Notes: generated by a model from the sequence alone, not told the origin. Counted from the first letter of the stretch, positions 1 through 8,669 are shown. The stretch: 20,711 nt of DNA from a bacterium (GCA_031362565.1 JANLSU010000060.1:1-20711), one strand, 5' to 3'. Made by a program: numbers and translations.

Positions 1-92
1 GTGATGTCCTTCGGACCCACGATCGAGTTGTTGCAAGCTGCCGAGCCAACCACCATCGCGAACGCTAGAGTCGTGAATGCTTTCCGGAACAT
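1..92 (-). CDS. Putative lipoprotein, N-terminal fragment (continues off the left edge; not in ORF track)
   Basis: Manual translation from ATG at 92: MFRKAFTTLAFAMVVGSAACNNSIVGPKDI...; basic N-region, hydrophobic stretch and lipobox-like SAAC; strong GAGGAGG RBS just upstream. Confidence 0.75.
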   Translation of the reverse strand, partial: MFRKAFTTLAFAMVVGSAACNNSIVGPKDI

Positions 93-174
93 TGTTCTCG
101 CCTCCTCGTGGGTCCGTCAGGTGGGAGATTTTCTCCGCGCCTCGCGCCGGATCCGTGTCTCTGGGGAGGTGTAT

Positions 175-190
175 TGCAGGCGCCAGGCCA
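175..190 (-). promoter_or_regulatory. Candidate sigma54 (-24/-12) promoter for the lipoprotein gene
   Basis: Minus strand TGGCCTGGCGCCTGCA has GG and GC at the exact spacing of TGGCAC-N5-TTGCW; AT-rich tract at ~221-253 and a palindrome at 287-299 lie upstream. Confidence 0.55.
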
Positions 191-286
191 CACCGAAAAC
201 AGCCGGCGCCGAGCGTGCAGTTGCTTGTGAATATGTACTTTAAGTTTTCGAATCCGCGGCCACACCACCGCGGCGGCGGTTTCAAA

Positions 287-299
287 CGCAAGTCTTGCG
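287..299. promoter_or_regulatory. Perfect inverted repeat, possible enhancer-binding-protein site
   Basis: CGCAAG-T-CTTGCG, about 100 bp upstream of the candidate sigma54 site. Confidence 0.35.
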
Positions 300-572
300 C
301 GCCGATCCAAGGGCTGGGTCCGCAGCGGTTGCAGAGGTCGCAGCGGGATGGGCCGGAAAACGGCGGCGGCGGCCACCTAGGGGGAGGACTCCTCGTGCGG
401 CGATGCGCGCCCGCGCGGCGGCGGACCGCGTGACGGCGCCCGAACGCACCCATCGGTTGGCCGGCCGCCGCCCGAGTCGAGCAACGGCGTCGATTTCGGC
501 TCTACCAGAGGACAACGCCCGGAACCGCGAAAATGAACGGCATCCGTGACGGTTGCGGTCTTGGAGCGCCGC

Positions 573-602
573 TTGAGCCGGGCCGCGCACGGGTGGTAGG
601 TT
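573..602 (+). promoter_or_regulatory. Candidate sigma70 promoter for the 650-1900 gene
   Basis: TTGAGC-N18-TAGGTT with a TGn extension, ~50 nt upstream of the likely start. Confidence 0.35.
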
Positions 603-649
603 GGCGCGAATCACGCGCCGCCTGCCGCCTCGATCCCCGGGGGTCTGCT

Positions 650-1900
650 TTGGTGATCGAGGCCGAGGACCGAAACCGCGGCGCCACGCCCGATCCGGCC
701 CGGGTCGAGCGGGCGCTCCGGCGCTGGCTCGAAGCGGTCGGGTACCGCTCCTACGATCCCTATGATGGGTTGAGCGGGGCCTGGCCCGCGTCGCTCGTGC
801 GCCGGCAGCGCTTCTTGGCGCGCGCCGTGACTCAGATCATCAAACAGAGCCCGGTGAACTTGCGGCCGTTGGCCGGCATTCGGCCGCGCGTTCTCGTCAA
901 AAGCCTGTCCGATGTGGCGTCGGCGGCACTCTGGCGCCATCGATTGGGCAGCGACCCGCAGGCACTCACCGCCGCACACGCCTTCCTCGCGACGCTGCGC
1001 CAAGAAGTGACGCCCGGCTTCTCGGGCGCCTGCTGGGCACTCTCGACTCCATATGTAACGCGCTACATCGATTCCAAGGGCGGCGAACCGAATCTCTTTT
1101 GGACCCTGAATGCGGCCGTCGCTTTCCTGGAAGCGTACGAGCTGGAGCGGCGGCCGGAGGATCTCGCCATTGCCCGCTCGACGATCGATTTCATCCTCCA
1201 AGACCTGGGAGCCGTCGACGAGGGTGAAGCAGGGATTTGGTTTCGCTACTTCATGGGCCACGACGCCGTTGTCTATAACGTCGCCGCACTCTCGGGAGCC
1301 CTCATGCAACGCGTCGCCCGCCTGACGGGCGAAACCGAATTGCACACCCAAGGGACGCGCGCCCTGCAGTTCGTCGTCCGGCACCAGAACCCCGACGGGT
1401 CGTGGTACTACGCGCGCGGCCCCGAGGGGCAATGGGTCGACGGCTTCCACACCGGCTATGTGCTCGAGGCCCTGTTGCAATCGGTCTTGGCCGGGAACGG
1501 TGCCTTCGAGCCCGCGTTGCGGCGCGGCATCGACTACTACGTTCGCACGCTCTTCACGGCCGATCACCTGCCGCGGTATGCAGCGAGCGGGACGTTTCCG
1601 ATCGAAGTGCAAAACTGCGCCCAAGCGATTCAGACCCTGTCGCGTCTCGCGTGGTATGACCCCGCCCAATTGGCGCGGGCGCGCGCGGTCACCGGCGCAG
1701 TGACTCGGGCTCTCTTCCGTTTCACCCGAACCGGCGACGACGAGGCGGGGTATTTCATCATGAGCCGCGGCCGCTGGCTGCGAAACACGCTGCCGGCCGT
1801 GCGTTGGGGCGAAGCGCCAATGCTCTTGGCGCTGACGGCGTTGCTCGCGGCGGAAAAGAGCCTGCGGCCGTCGTGGGAGCTCGGTCCGCCGCCCGTCTGA
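650..1900 (+). CDS. (alpha/alpha)6-barrel protein of unknown function, of a type associated with polysaccharide loci
   Basis: Within ORF 533-1900; likely start TTG 650 or GTG 653 after a G-rich run. Motifs YDPYDGL, SPVNLRP, QW-like QNPDGSWYY and WVDGFHTGY; repeated amphipathic helices. Start uncertain. Confidence 0.75.
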   Translation: MVIEAEDRNRGATPDPARVERALRRWLEAVGYRSYDPYDGLSGAWPASLVRRQRFLARAVTQIIKQSPVNLRPLAGIRPRVLVKSLSDVASAALWRHRLGSDPQALTAAHAFLATLRQEVTPGFSGACWALSTPYVTRYIDSKGGEPNLFWTLNAAVAFLEAYELERRPEDLAIARSTIDFILQDLGAVDEGEAGIWFRYFMGHDAVVYNVAALSGALMQRVARLTGETELHTQGTRALQFVVRHQNPDGSWYYARGPEGQWVDGFHTGYVLEALLQSVLAGNGAFEPALRRGIDYYVRTLFTADHLPRYAASGTFPIEVQNCAQAIQTLSRLAWYDPAQLARARAVTGAVTRALFRFTRTGDDEAGYFIMSRGRWLRNTLPAVRWGEAPMLLALTALLAAEKSLRPSWELGPPPV

Positions 1901-1902
1901 CC

Positions 1903-2904
1903 CTACACCTTCGTGCCGACGATGCCGGTGGCGGGTTCGGCGTGGCGTACCGCCGTGAAGCCGAGGCCCTCGAACTCCGCCGCGAGCGCGGCGGGCGTCG
2001 CACGATGTTGGTATTGCGGCACGAGATTGTCGTGCAGCATGAACACGACCTCGCGCAGCGATCGCCGACGCGGCGCGCGCCGGGAACCACGATTTGCATC
2101 GCGCCCGCTGGCGGTCGACAGTTCGTAGGCCTTGAAGGCGGCGTGCAGCGGCAGGCCAACGCCCCAGGACGCGGCGACCTGCAGCGCACGCGGCCAGCGG
2201 TACGACCCCACGCAGACATCGCGCGTCAGGCGATACGGGCTGAAACTGGGCGGATAGATCCACACGAACAGCTTGCCGCCCGGCCGCACCAACGACGCCA
2301 AGCGCGCCAACGCGGCGTGCGGATCCGGGACGTGCGGCAGCACGCCGTCGGCATACACATAGTCGAACGAAGCGGGTGCCAAGGGCGGCTGCATGAGATC
2401 GAATTGCGCCACGGCGACATTGGCAAGTCCCGCGCAGCGCCGAAACGCGATCTGCGCCGCATCGCTCAATTCCCCACCAACGATGGCAGCTTCGGGCGCG
2501 TAGAGCGCAAGGTTCCGCGTCAAGCGTCCGCTGCCGCAGCCGATGTCCAGAATTGCCTTACCCGCGAGACTCGCACCGGAGCGGATCTCGAAGCGATCGA
2601 GGCAGCTCTGCAACTCCTCTTCGGCCGTTTCACCGTAGATCGTTTCTTTTTCGAACTGACTCGACTCGCGCAGGCTCCATTGCCGTGCGAAGGCCTGGGC
2701 GGTCACGCTCACCGCCTCGCGGCTCGCGAGAAGGCACGGCATGCCGCCCAGAAGCGGGTAGGCCGCCCGGCAGTTCGCGCAGCGCAAATCAGCCGCTCCG
2801 GATGGGGATTCCAGGGGCGCCGGATCCAATCCGCCTTGGCAGCGTGGACAAACAAGCAGGGCGCGTGGGGCGCGAATCGCGTCGCCCCCTTTCTCGAAGC
2901 TCAT
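1903..2904 (-). CDS. Class I SAM-dependent methyltransferase with N-terminal Trm112-like Zn ribbon
   Basis: C-terminal part of ORF 1903-4506; ATG at 2904 overlaps the upstream TGA (ATGA). CPRC...CANC ribbon, ILDIGCGSG motif I, SFDYVY..GVLPHVPDP, VRPGGKLFV. Confidence 0.9.
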   Translation of the reverse strand: MSFEKGGDAIRAPRALLVCPRCQGGLDPAPLESPSGAADLRCANCRAAYPLLGGMPCLLASREAVSVTAQAFARQWSLRESSQFEKETIYGETAEEELQSCLDRFEIRSGASLAGKAILDIGCGSGRLTRNLALYAPEAAIVGGELSDAAQIAFRRCAGLANVAVAQFDLMQPPLAPASFDYVYADGVLPHVPDPHAALARLASLVRPGGKLFVWIYPPSFSPYRLTRDVCVGSYRWPRALQVAASWGVGLPLHAAFKAYELSTASGRDANRGSRRAPRRRSLREVVFMLHDNLVPQYQHRATPAALAAEFEGLGFTAVRHAEPATGIVGTKV

Positions 2905-4643
2905 GCGGGAGCCTTCACGCCCGGGCGCTTGTGCACCAAGAACGACCCCAAGAGCAAATGCTCGAGGCCCGAGTTCTTGAGCACCCCCAGAGCATCCTCC
3001 GGGGTGTAGGCGATCGGCGAGCCGTGCAGATTGAAGGACGTATTCAGAATGACCCCACGTCCGGTGAGCTTCTGAAATTCCGTAATCAAGTGATGATAGT
3101 CCGGATTCCACTCGCGGGACACGAGCTGCGGGCGTGCGGTGCGATCGTAAGGATGAATGGCCGACGGCAACTCGTTGACCCGCTCGGTGGTGTCGAAACA
3201 CAGAATCATGTACGGCGCGGCGACGTGTTTGGGATTGAGCACATAATCGGCGGCGCGCTCTTCGAGCATCGAAGGCGCGAACGGCATCCAGAAATCGCGG
3301 CTCTTGATCATGTCGTTGATGATCCGGATGACCTCGGGCTTGGTGGGATCGGCCAGGATGGCGCGATTGCCGAGCGAACGCGCCCCGAACTCCATCCGGC
3401 CCTTGCAGCGCGCGACCACTTTCCCCGCGGCGAGCAGCTGCGCCGCGCGCGCTTCCAAGTCGCCTTCCGACTCCACATCCAGCCACTCGGACGCTTTGTA
3501 CGCCAGCAGCGCTCGCTCCTCGTCGGCGCGCGAGTTCTCGGGGCCGGAGTAGACGTCCTGCAACGCCACCGTACCCGGTCCGCCGCCGCCGTTCTTTTTC
3601 AGCGTCTCCTGCGCGTGCCAGTACCAGCAAGCCGCATAGGCACTCGACTCGTCGCCGCAGGAGGGCATGATCCACAGATCGTCGACTTCCGGCAGCTCCA
3701 TGATGATCTTGTTGGCCTTGACGTTCATGAAACAGCCGCCCGACAGCGCGACCTTGCGAATGCCGGTCTTGCGGATGGCGTTCTGCACCCAAGTCGAAAA
3801 CATGTCCTCGACGAAGAGCTGCAAGCCGCCGCACACCGCATCGAAGCGTTTGAGCTGCAACAGTTCCTTGAAGAACTCGTAGCTGTAATACGTTTCGGGA
3901 CAACCGTTGCGGCGTTCCCAAACGAGCGGATTGTCGGCCCGGAACTCCATCAGATTGCGGAACAAGTCGTAGACCTGGCGGCTCGACTTCTCGGAGGCAT
4001 ACGGCGCCATCCCCATCAGCTTGTATTCGTGCTCGAGCGGCACCATGCCCATCAGGAACGTGATCATGGCGTAGATGTTGCCGATGGACTCCGACTCCGG
4101 GACTTCGGCCAGGCGGCGCAGGCGGCCGCCTTCGCCAATGCTCACGGTCGCGCACAGCCCGTCGCCGGCGCCGTCGTTCGTCAGCACCAGGATGGGCTCG
4201 TCGAACTTCCCCCAGCCGTAGTACGCCGACGCCGCGTGCGCCGTGTGATGGTCGATGAAGTGCAAGCGCTCGGATGGGAAACCAAACTTGACGGCCGCCT
4301 TCTTGCGGTCCGCACGCCGCTTCTCGTCGCGCACCGTCTTGACCGCCGTGTGCTTGACGAAGCGTTTGAGCGTCGTGCCCAAGCTGCCGGTGCGTTCGTA
4401 TTCGGCCAAAATCTCGTCGCGGCTCTTGGCGTACGGCATCTGCAGGCCGTTGAAAACGACCGCGTCGACATCGGCCGGCGTCAGGCCTTGCGACTGCAGA
4501 ATCCATTGCACCGAGCTCGACGGGAAGCCCGCCCAGTTCTTGATGCGGGTGAAGCGTTCTTCCTGCACGGCCGCGACCACGCGCCCGTCGATGGACAATG
4601 CCGCGGAGGCGGTGTGTCCGTCGTGAATCCCGACGATGTTCAT
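2901..4643 (-). CDS. O-carbamoyltransferase, NodU/CmcH/TobZ family
   Basis: 580 aa; GIHDGHTASA, QEERFTRIK, HHTAHAASAY, DGAGD, EYKLMGMAPY, GRMEFGARSLGNRAILADP, RDFWMPFAPS, LNTSFNLHGSPI. Confidence 0.95.
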   Translation of the reverse strand: MNIVGIHDGHTASAALSIDGRVVAAVQEERFTRIKNWAGFPSSSVQWILQSQGLTPADVDAVVFNGLQMPYAKSRDEILAEYERTGSLGTTLKRFVKHTAVKTVRDEKRRADRKKAAVKFGFPSERLHFIDHHTAHAASAYYGWGKFDEPILVLTNDGAGDGLCATVSIGEGGRLRRLAEVPESESIGNIYAMITFLMGMVPLEHEYKLMGMAPYASEKSSRQVYDLFRNLMEFRADNPLVWERRNGCPETYYSYEFFKELLQLKRFDAVCGGLQLFVEDMFSTWVQNAIRKTGIRKVALSGGCFMNVKANKIIMELPEVDDLWIMPSCGDESSAYAACWYWHAQETLKKNGGGGPGTVALQDVYSGPENSRADEERALLAYKASEWLDVESEGDLEARAAQLLAAGKVVARCKGRMEFGARSLGNRAILADPTKPEVIRIINDMIKSRDFWMPFAPSMLEERAADYVLNPKHVAAPYMILCFDTTERVNELPSAIHPYDRTARPQLVSREWNPDYHHLITEFQKLTGRGVILNTSFNLHGSPIAYTPEDALGVLKNSGLEHLLLGSFLVHKRPGVKAPA

Positions 4644-5833
4644 GCGTCCTCTCCGTGGCGCGGGCTCGAGGCGCCCTGCACCTTGCGTTCCAGAATGCGG
4701 GCGTAGATGCCGGCGATTTCGCCCGCCACCTTGCGGCGTTCGAAGCGCCGCGCGAGCGTCCGGTTGGCGGCGCGCATCGCCGCGAGTTTGGTGCGGTCGC
4801 CGAGCAGTTCCTCGAGGGCGCTGGCGATCGCTTGTGGATCCTTGGCGCCGACGAAACGCGCGTTCTCCGGGTCGCGCAAATAGTCGGCGGTGGCGCGAAT
4901 GCGCGTCGTCACGATGCCAAGACCGCCGGCCAGCGACTGGAACACGGTCATGGGAAACCCCTCGGGATGATACGTTGGAAACACCAGGATGTCCGCGCCG
5001 CAGTACAAATCGGCCGTCTCGTCCTCGGAGACGGCGCCCAGAAAATGCACCCGGTCGGCCACCCCCAGCCGGGCCGCGAGCGCCGTCGCATGGACGCGCT
5101 CCGGTCCATCACCGGCAACGATCAAATGCGCCCCCAGTTCGGCGGTCAAGATGCGCATCGCGGTGATCGCGTCGTTCAATCCTTTGGCGCGAATGAGGCG
5201 GCTGACGAAGAGCAAGAGCGGCGCACCGGCCGGAATGCCGAACCGGCCATGCAGATCCGGCGTCCGTTCGTAGCGCGCCAAATCGAGCCCGTTCCGGACC
5301 ACGATACAGGGCGGCGCCTGTGGACGGGCACGCACCGCGGCGGCTTCCTCCTGCGACAGAACGCCGATCGCCGTCGTATTCGCGAACAGCATCTTGACGA
5401 GGAAGCGCCAGACAGGCGATCCGGACGCCAAGTACGCGGGTTCCGAGCCGTGCCATTTCACGAACAACGGCTTGCCGAGCCACTTCGTCATCAGGGCGAA
5501 GGGGGCGTCGCGGGCAATCGCCTTCGGGTCGAAGGACGTATTCAAGTGGACGACATCGGGCCGCGTGCGGCGCACGACGGCCGGATAACGCGCCAGATCC
5601 AAGCACTGATGCCACATCTTGAGCGGCAGCGCCTCGCCCTCGCCCCAACGTCCGAACGGCATCGTGTCGACATGATGTCCGGCGGCCCGCAGGTCCTCGA
5701 CCAACATGGGCAGGTGCAACGCCGGACCGCCGCGCGTCGCTCCCGGTGCGGGCACGCCCATCAGCACCCGCACCGTCTGCACCGGCGACGCCTTGCCCGC
5801 CGTTCGAGCCTGCACTCCCACGGCCCCCGTCAT
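4640..5833 (-). CDS. GT-B glycosyltransferase family 4
   Basis: ATG at 5833 overlaps the upstream stop; VVRNGLD, FVSRLIRAKG, AGDGPE, FLGAV, PEGFPMTVFQSLAGG. Confidence 0.9.
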   Translation of the reverse strand: MTGAVGVQARTAGKASPVQTVRVLMGVPAPGATRGGPALHLPMLVEDLRAAGHHVDTMPFGRWGEGEALPLKMWHQCLDLARYPAVVRRTRPDVVHLNTSFDPKAIARDAPFALMTKWLGKPLFVKWHGSEPAYLASGSPVWRFLVKMLFANTTAIGVLSQEEAAAVRARPQAPPCIVVRNGLDLARYERTPDLHGRFGIPAGAPLLLFVSRLIRAKGLNDAITAMRILTAELGAHLIVAGDGPERVHATALAARLGVADRVHFLGAVSEDETADLYCGADILVFPTYHPEGFPMTVFQSLAGGLGIVTTRIRATADYLRDPENARFVGAKDPQAIASALEELLGDRTKLAAMRAANRTLARRFERRKVAGEIAGIYARILERKVQGASSPRHGEDA

Positions 5834-7731
5834 ACGCGGCCCACCGGCGCCCCGACGCGCTCGCACCAGCCGGCGAGCTGCAACAAGATCCAAAACAAAT
5901 TGCCGTGATCGGCACGCGCCGCGCGGTGCTCTTCGACGAGAGCGCCGAGTGCCTCGCGTGCGACGACGCCGTCGAGGGCGCCGCGCGCCACCCGCTTTTG
6001 CAGCAGTTCGATCGGCGAACCGCCGCGGAACCACTCGCGAAGTGGCACGTTGAAGCCACGCTTGGGTGCGTGCAGGAGTTCCGGCGGCAGGCGGCGCCCG
6101 ACCGTCGCTCGCAGCACATGCTTGCGCGTCAGGCGCGGCAGCTTCACCGCCGCCGAAACCGGCGCCATGAGTTCCACCAAGCGATGATCCAGAAACGGCA
6201 CGCGGGCTTCCAGCGAATGCGCCATGCTCATGCGATCGACTTTGGTCAGCATTTGGCTCGGCAGCATCATCTTGAAGTCGAACCAGCTCAAGCGATGAAA
6301 CGGGTCGCGCGCCGGACAGTCGCGCATTGCTTCGTCGACGAATTCGCGCGCCGGGCGCACCGGTCCACCGGGAGCCAAGAGGAGCGTGGCGCGCAAAGAG
6401 GCCGGCGACCAGGACTGCTTGCGCGTCACCCGGTCCTCGAAGGTCATGTTGGCGCTCTCCAGAACCCGCGCCGCACGCGCCATGCGATCGGCGGATGTCC
6501 CCGGCAAGATGGCGCACGCCGCATCCAGGAGGCGCGGCGCGACACCGGTGCGCAGGAAGCCCGGCACATGCCCCCAGGCTTGCGACAGCTTTTCGCCCTG
6601 ATAACGCGTGTACCCCGACAACACTTCGTCGCCGCCATCACCGGTCAAAACAACGGTCACGTGCTCGCGCCCGAGCGCCGAGACGGCGTCGGCGGCGAGT
6701 GCCGAGCCGTCGCCGAACGGTTCGTCGAAGTGCCAGCCGAGCCGGTCGAGGCCGGTTTCGAGATCGGCGGGCTCGACGACGCGCTCGATGTGGCGGGTCT
6801 TGCAACGCTTCGACACGAGCTGCGCCAGATGGCGTTCGTCGTAGCCGGGCGCCTCGAAGCCGATCGTAAAGGTGCGGATCGCTTCGCGCGCCTGCTCCGA
6901 CATCAAGGTGACGATGCTGGCCGAATCGAGCCCGCCGGAAAGAAAGGCGCCGAACGGCACGTCGCTGCGCATTTGCAAGCGTACCGCATCGCCAAGCAGG
7001 GTCTCGAACTCGGCCAGGATGCGCGCTTCGTCGCGGCGCGAGTCGTGCTCGTCGACGATCGGCACTTCCCAGTAACGCTCGACGCGCGGCGCCTTGCCCG
7101 GCTCGACGATCAAGTTGCAACCGGGCGGCAACTTGGCAATGCCGCGATAGGCGGAGTGCGGTTCGGGCACGAAACCAAACGCCACGTAGGCATCGAGGAC
7201 GTCCCAATTCGGTTCCGACGGCACGCCGGCCGCCAAGAGCGCTTTGATTTCGGAACCAAAAACAAACCGCGTGCCGTCCGACGCATAACAGAGCGGCTTG
7301 ATGCCGAGCCGGTCGCGCGACAAGAGCAAGCGCTGCCGCCGCGTGTCCCACAGTGCAAAGGCCCACATGCCATTCAAATGCTGAACGAGCGCATCGCCCC
7401 ATTCTTCGTAACCGAGAGCGAGCACTTCGGTGTCGCTGTGGGTGCGAAACCGGTGTCCTCGGGCCTCGAGTTCGGTGCGCAGTTCGAGGTAGTTGTAGAT
7501 CTCGCCATTTTGGATGACCGCCACCGTGCGGTCGGCGTTGTAGAGCGGTTGGTCGCCGCCCGACACGTCGATGACGGCGAGCCGCCGCATGCCGAGCCCG
7601 ACCGGACCCGCGGTGTACAGACCCTCGCCATCGGGCCCGCGATGCACGAGGGTGCGGCACATCCGGCGCAGCAGATCCGCATCCGCCGGGCGTGACGGAT
7701 CAGCGTGCAAGAAACCGGCGATGCCACACAT
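5830..7731 (-). CDS. asnB: Asparagine synthase (glutamine-hydrolysing)-type amidotransferase, probably glycan-amidating
   Basis: True start MCGIAG at 7731 (N-terminal Cys nucleophile); HRGPD, NGEIYNY, RDRLGIKPL, LSGGLDS, TGDGGDE, RVPFLDH, KRGF. Confidence 0.93.
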   Translation of the reverse strand: MCGIAGFLHADPSRPADADLLRRMCRTLVHRGPDGEGLYTAGPVGLGMRRLAVIDVSGGDQPLYNADRTVAVIQNGEIYNYLELRTELEARGHRFRTHSDTEVLALGYEEWGDALVQHLNGMWAFALWDTRRQRLLLSRDRLGIKPLCYASDGTRFVFGSEIKALLAAGVPSEPNWDVLDAYVAFGFVPEPHSAYRGIAKLPPGCNLIVEPGKAPRVERYWEVPIVDEHDSRRDEARILAEFETLLGDAVRLQMRSDVPFGAFLSGGLDSASIVTLMSEQAREAIRTFTIGFEAPGYDERHLAQLVSKRCKTRHIERVVEPADLETGLDRLGWHFDEPFGDGSALAADAVSALGREHVTVVLTGDGGDEVLSGYTRYQGEKLSQAWGHVPGFLRTGVAPRLLDAACAILPGTSADRMARAARVLESANMTFEDRVTRKQSWSPASLRATLLLAPGGPVRPAREFVDEAMRDCPARDPFHRLSWFDFKMMLPSQMLTKVDRMSMAHSLEARVPFLDHRLVELMAPVSAAVKLPRLTRKHVLRATVGRRLPPELLHAPKRGFNVPLREWFRGGSPIELLQKRVARGALDGVVAREALGALVEEHRAARADHGNLFWILLQLAGWCERVGAPVGRV

Positions 7732-7793
7732 GCGGGGTTCCAAGCGCGTTTGGAGTGGTCGGGGGCTTGGGCTTGGCCACGGGCGCCGTGTCG

Positions 7794-7802
7794 ATGGTAC
7801 CA
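7794..7802 (-). promoter_or_regulatory. Candidate extended -10 for the asnB operon
   Basis: Minus strand TG-G-TACCAT, ~60 nt upstream of the asnB ATG; no clear -35. Confidence 0.4.
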
Positions 7803-7810
7803 CAGCCCGG

Positions 7811-7899
7811 CCGCTCGGTCCGGGGGGCCAGCCGCCTGTCCCCGCCACCGGACCGTTCGCCGGACGGGCGGCCCGCCGCACGGCGTGGCTCCATAGGTT
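7811..7899 (+). promoter_or_regulatory. Three 21-bp-spaced LytTR/AlgR-like boxes plus -10-like TAGGTT
   Basis: CCGCTCGGT (7811), CCGCCTGTC (7832), CCGTTCGCC (7853); TAGGTT at 7894. Resembles the AlgR site CCGTTCGTC and lies upstream of an operon encoding a LytTR regulator. Confidence 0.6.
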
Positions 7900-7935
7900 G
7901 AATGCGGGTCGATTCTCTCTACGGAGGCTCTCTCA

Positions 7936-8613
7936 ATGCAGACAGGAACGCATTCGACACGCATCGCGCCGGCCACGGGCGCCACCCGGTCACCCCGCCG
8001 CTTGATCCTCGTCGCTCTCGTTGCGGCGCTTTGCCGGTTGGCCCTGCCGGCTCCGGCCTTGGCCGGGGCGCCGCTCACACCCGCAGAGGTCACCGCTTGG
8101 GTCGCGCGCCTGGAAGGCGTGTGGGCCGGTGCCAACAACATGACGCCGCTCGGCGCCCAACCCTTCGCCGCCGTCTTCGAACGCGAGGCCGATGGCAGCC
8201 TCCACGCCCATTCCGCGTCCAGCCCGACCCAGTGGCTCGACTTCCGTTTCAAACCGGCGCCGGATGGCGAGTGGTTGTTCACCGAAGGCGGCCGCTTGGG
8301 CGATGCGGGCGAGCAGTGGCACACGTTGCGGCTGACGAGTGCGAGCGGCGACACCCTCACTTGGTCCGATGTCGACCGTCCCGAATGGTTGTCGTGCCGC
8401 ATCGCACCGAGCCCCGAACGCCTTTGGATGCGCGTCCTGCTGCGCGGCGCCGAACACGCGCGCTTCGAATTGCCACGCCTCGAGGGGTTGGCGGCCTTGG
8501 CGCTCCGGCAGCAATTCGCGACCGCCGCAGCGGCGAGCCAGAGCACGCGCGGAGTGCATTTCGCGCTGCCGGCGGACTTGAGCACGGCCCGCAGCACGGG
8601 CGGCGATCGTTGA
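7936..8613 (+). CDS. Hypothetical secreted protein
   Basis: GGAGG RBS; RRLILVALVAALCRLALPAPALA signal peptide; beta-strand-rich, Trp-rich mature region; no family recognised. Confidence 0.75.
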   Translation: MQTGTHSTRIAPATGATRSPRRLILVALVAALCRLALPAPALAGAPLTPAEVTAWVARLEGVWAGANNMTPLGAQPFAAVFEREADGSLHAHSASSPTQWLDFRFKPAPDGEWLFTEGGRLGDAGEQWHTLRLTSASGDTLTWSDVDRPEWLSCRIAPSPERLWMRVLLRGAEHARFELPRLEGLAALALRQQFATAAAASQSTRGVHFALPADLSTARSTGGDR

Positions 8614-8669
8614 GTACTATCGGAACGCGCTCGCGGGCCCCACTCGAGCGCCCATCGACGGGAAGCGCC

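Noticed and set aside
2905..4506. Apparent 867-aa ORF suggesting a large methyltransferase fusion
   Set aside because: The N-terminal part is an alternative frame of the carbamoyltransferase; the real start is the coupled ATG at 2904.
5834..6517. N-terminal extension of the GT4 ORF to 625 aa
   Set aside because: It overlaps asnB in another frame; the ATGA coupling at 5830-5833 marks the start.
7902..8669. Long N-terminal extension of the histidine kinase, or a frameshift fusion with the 7936 gene
   Set aside because: The 7936-8613 frame has its own RBS, signal peptide and stop; the extension is low-complexity and no slippery site was seen.
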